Below, in pieces: positions 62,869 through 64,000 of a stretch of DNA of 64,000 nucleotides (positions within the stretch are counted from its first letter, which is position 1; each line of letters opens with the position of its first letter). This DNA comes from Nitrospirota bacterium. GTDB lineage: Bacteria > Nitrospirota > UBA9217. The position numbers and the translations under genes were made by a program. The notes under the pieces are model-generated. The model saw only the letters and a program-made list of their open reading frames with translations, made no database searches and had not been told where the DNA came from. The stretch lies in contig CAWFSF010000006.1 in assembly GCA_963818475.1 (NCBI GenBank), positions 544,001-608,000 of the forward strand. Direction: 5' to 3'.

Positions 62869-63003
62869 TCCTCGCGTACAAGGAGAGATCATGACTATAC
62901 TATTTTCTCTGTTGTCATAGCTGCTGGGATGGTTCTGTTGGTCAGGAATCAACTGTGAGTACGGCAGGTGAAACCGTACCGAACAATCCCAGGGAGAAAA
63001 CCT

Positions 63004-64000
63004 ATGACAACCCAGATAGAGCTTGCCCGCAAAGGGCTTGTTACTCCGCAGATGGAGACAGTCGCTGCTGCGGAGGATGTTTCAACTGAGTATGTACGAA
63101 CCATGGTAGCAGAGGGAAAGATCGTCATTCCCGGAAACAGCATCAGACAGCCGAAAGTCGTCGGCATCGGCAAGGGGCTGCGCACCAAGGTGAATGCTTC
63201 GATCGGCACGTCGTCGGACATCGTCGATTATGCCGCGGAGGTACGGAAAGCGAAAATCGCCGAAGCCGCGGGCGCTGATACGCTCATGGAGCTCTCGGTG
63301 GGCGGCGACCTGGACCGCGTACGGCGCGAAGTGATCGCGGCGGTGGACCTGCCGGTCGGGAACGTCCCGCTGTACCAGGCCTTTTGCGAGGCAGGCAGGA
63401 AGTACGGCGATCCGAACAAGCTTGATGAGGAGATGCTGTTCGACCTGATCGAGCAGCAGTGCGCTGACGGCATCGCATTCATGGCGATCCACTGCGGCAT
63501 CAACCTCTACACCATCGAGCGGCTCAGAAAACAGGGATACCGCTACGGCGGACTGGTGAGCAAGGGCGGGGTCAGCATGGTCGCCTGGATGCTTGCCAAC
63601 AACCGGGAAAATCCGCTCTACGAGAAATTCGACCGCGTGGTCTCGATCCTGAAGAAATACGACGTGGTCCTCTCGCTCGGCAACGGCCTCCGGGCCGGGG
63701 CGATCCACGATTCTTCCGACCGGGCGCAGATACAGGAACTGCTCATCAACTGCGAACTGGCCGAGATCGGCCGGGACATGGGCTGCCAGATGCTGGTCGA
63801 AGGGCCGGGTCATGTGCCTCTGGACGAGATCGAGGGGAACATCCAGCTCCAGAAACGGATGAGCGGCGGCGCACCCTACTATATGCTCGGCCCCATATCC
63901 ACCGACGTGGCGCCGGGCTTCGACCATATCACTGCTGCCATCGGCGCTGCCCAGTCGAGCCGCTTCGGCGCGGACCTGATCTGCTATATCACGCCTGCCG
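63004..64000 (+). CDS. bzaF: ThiC-paralogue radical SAM enzyme, probably 5-hydroxybenzimidazole synthase (3'-truncated)
   Basis: MTTQIELARKG...KVNASIGTS, LMELSVGG, VSKGG, LGNGLRAG, EGPGH, PYYMLGP: ThiC fold with non-ThiC residues, under B12 rather than TPP riboswitches; absent from the ORF track because it runs off the window. Confidence 0.8.
   Translation, partial: MTTQIELARKGLVTPQMETVAAAEDVSTEYVRTMVAEGKIVIPGNSIRQPKVVGIGKGLRTKVNASIGTSSDIVDYAAEVRKAKIAEAAGADTLMELSVGGDLDRVRREVIAAVDLPVGNVPLYQAFCEAGRKYGDPNKLDEEMLFDLIEQQCADGIAFMAIHCGINLYTIERLRKQGYRYGGLVSKGGVSMVAWMLANNRENPLYEKFDRVVSILKKYDVVLSLGNGLRAGAIHDSSDRAQIQELLINCELAEIGRDMGCQMLVEGPGHVPLDEIEGNIQLQKRMSGGAPYYMLGPISTDVAPGFDHITAAIGAAQSSRFGADLICYITPA

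Noticed and set aside
29474-63927. Many long antisense ORFs (e.g. 29474-30448, 47741-48961, 56159-57190, 63082-63927)
   Set aside because: Shadow frames of GC-rich genuine genes on the opposite strand
63004-64000. thiC (thiamine biosynthesis)
   Set aside because: The upstream riboswitches are cobalamin-type and the active-site motifs deviate from ThiC

Overview
Bacterial chromosome segment, probably from an anaerobe rich in c-type cytochromes (Nitrospirota- or Desulfobacterota-like by gene content; taxonomy is inference). From left to right: (1) an NrfD-type membrane anchor, an 11-heme and a 3-heme cytochrome c, tRNA-Sec, a rhomboid protease, a zinc-ribbon response regulator, tRNA-Pro, an RpoS-like sigma factor and tRNA-Arg(CCT). 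(2) A 13.8-kb integrated element (6808-20675) bounded by an exact 45-bp duplication of the tRNA-Arg 3' half. It carries integrase, excisionase, repressor, two more tyrosine recombinases, a replication-initiator-like gene, a Mor-like activator, a RelBE+HicB module and a tail-only module (gp10-like protein, G/GT tail chaperone, tape measure). No capsid, portal, terminase, tube or lysis gene is recognisable, so it looks like a tail-modifying phage satellite. (3) An NHL-propeller plus secreted multiheme cytochrome cluster with a ResB-like gene. (4) tRNA-Val, thrS, infC, rpmI, rplT, an amidase and prfB. (5) A 26-kb locus of two giant secreted Ig-repeat proteins. The first ends in an AT-richer alpha/beta-hydrolase tip followed by an AT-rich immunity-like gene; the second has 3.6 near-identical 1032-bp repeats. 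(6) Two tandem cobalamin riboswitches upstream of a ThiC paralogue with BzaF-type residues. Six +1 frameshifts in cytochrome and surface-protein genes are probably assembly indels. All family assignments are from motif recognition by eye; no database searches were run.
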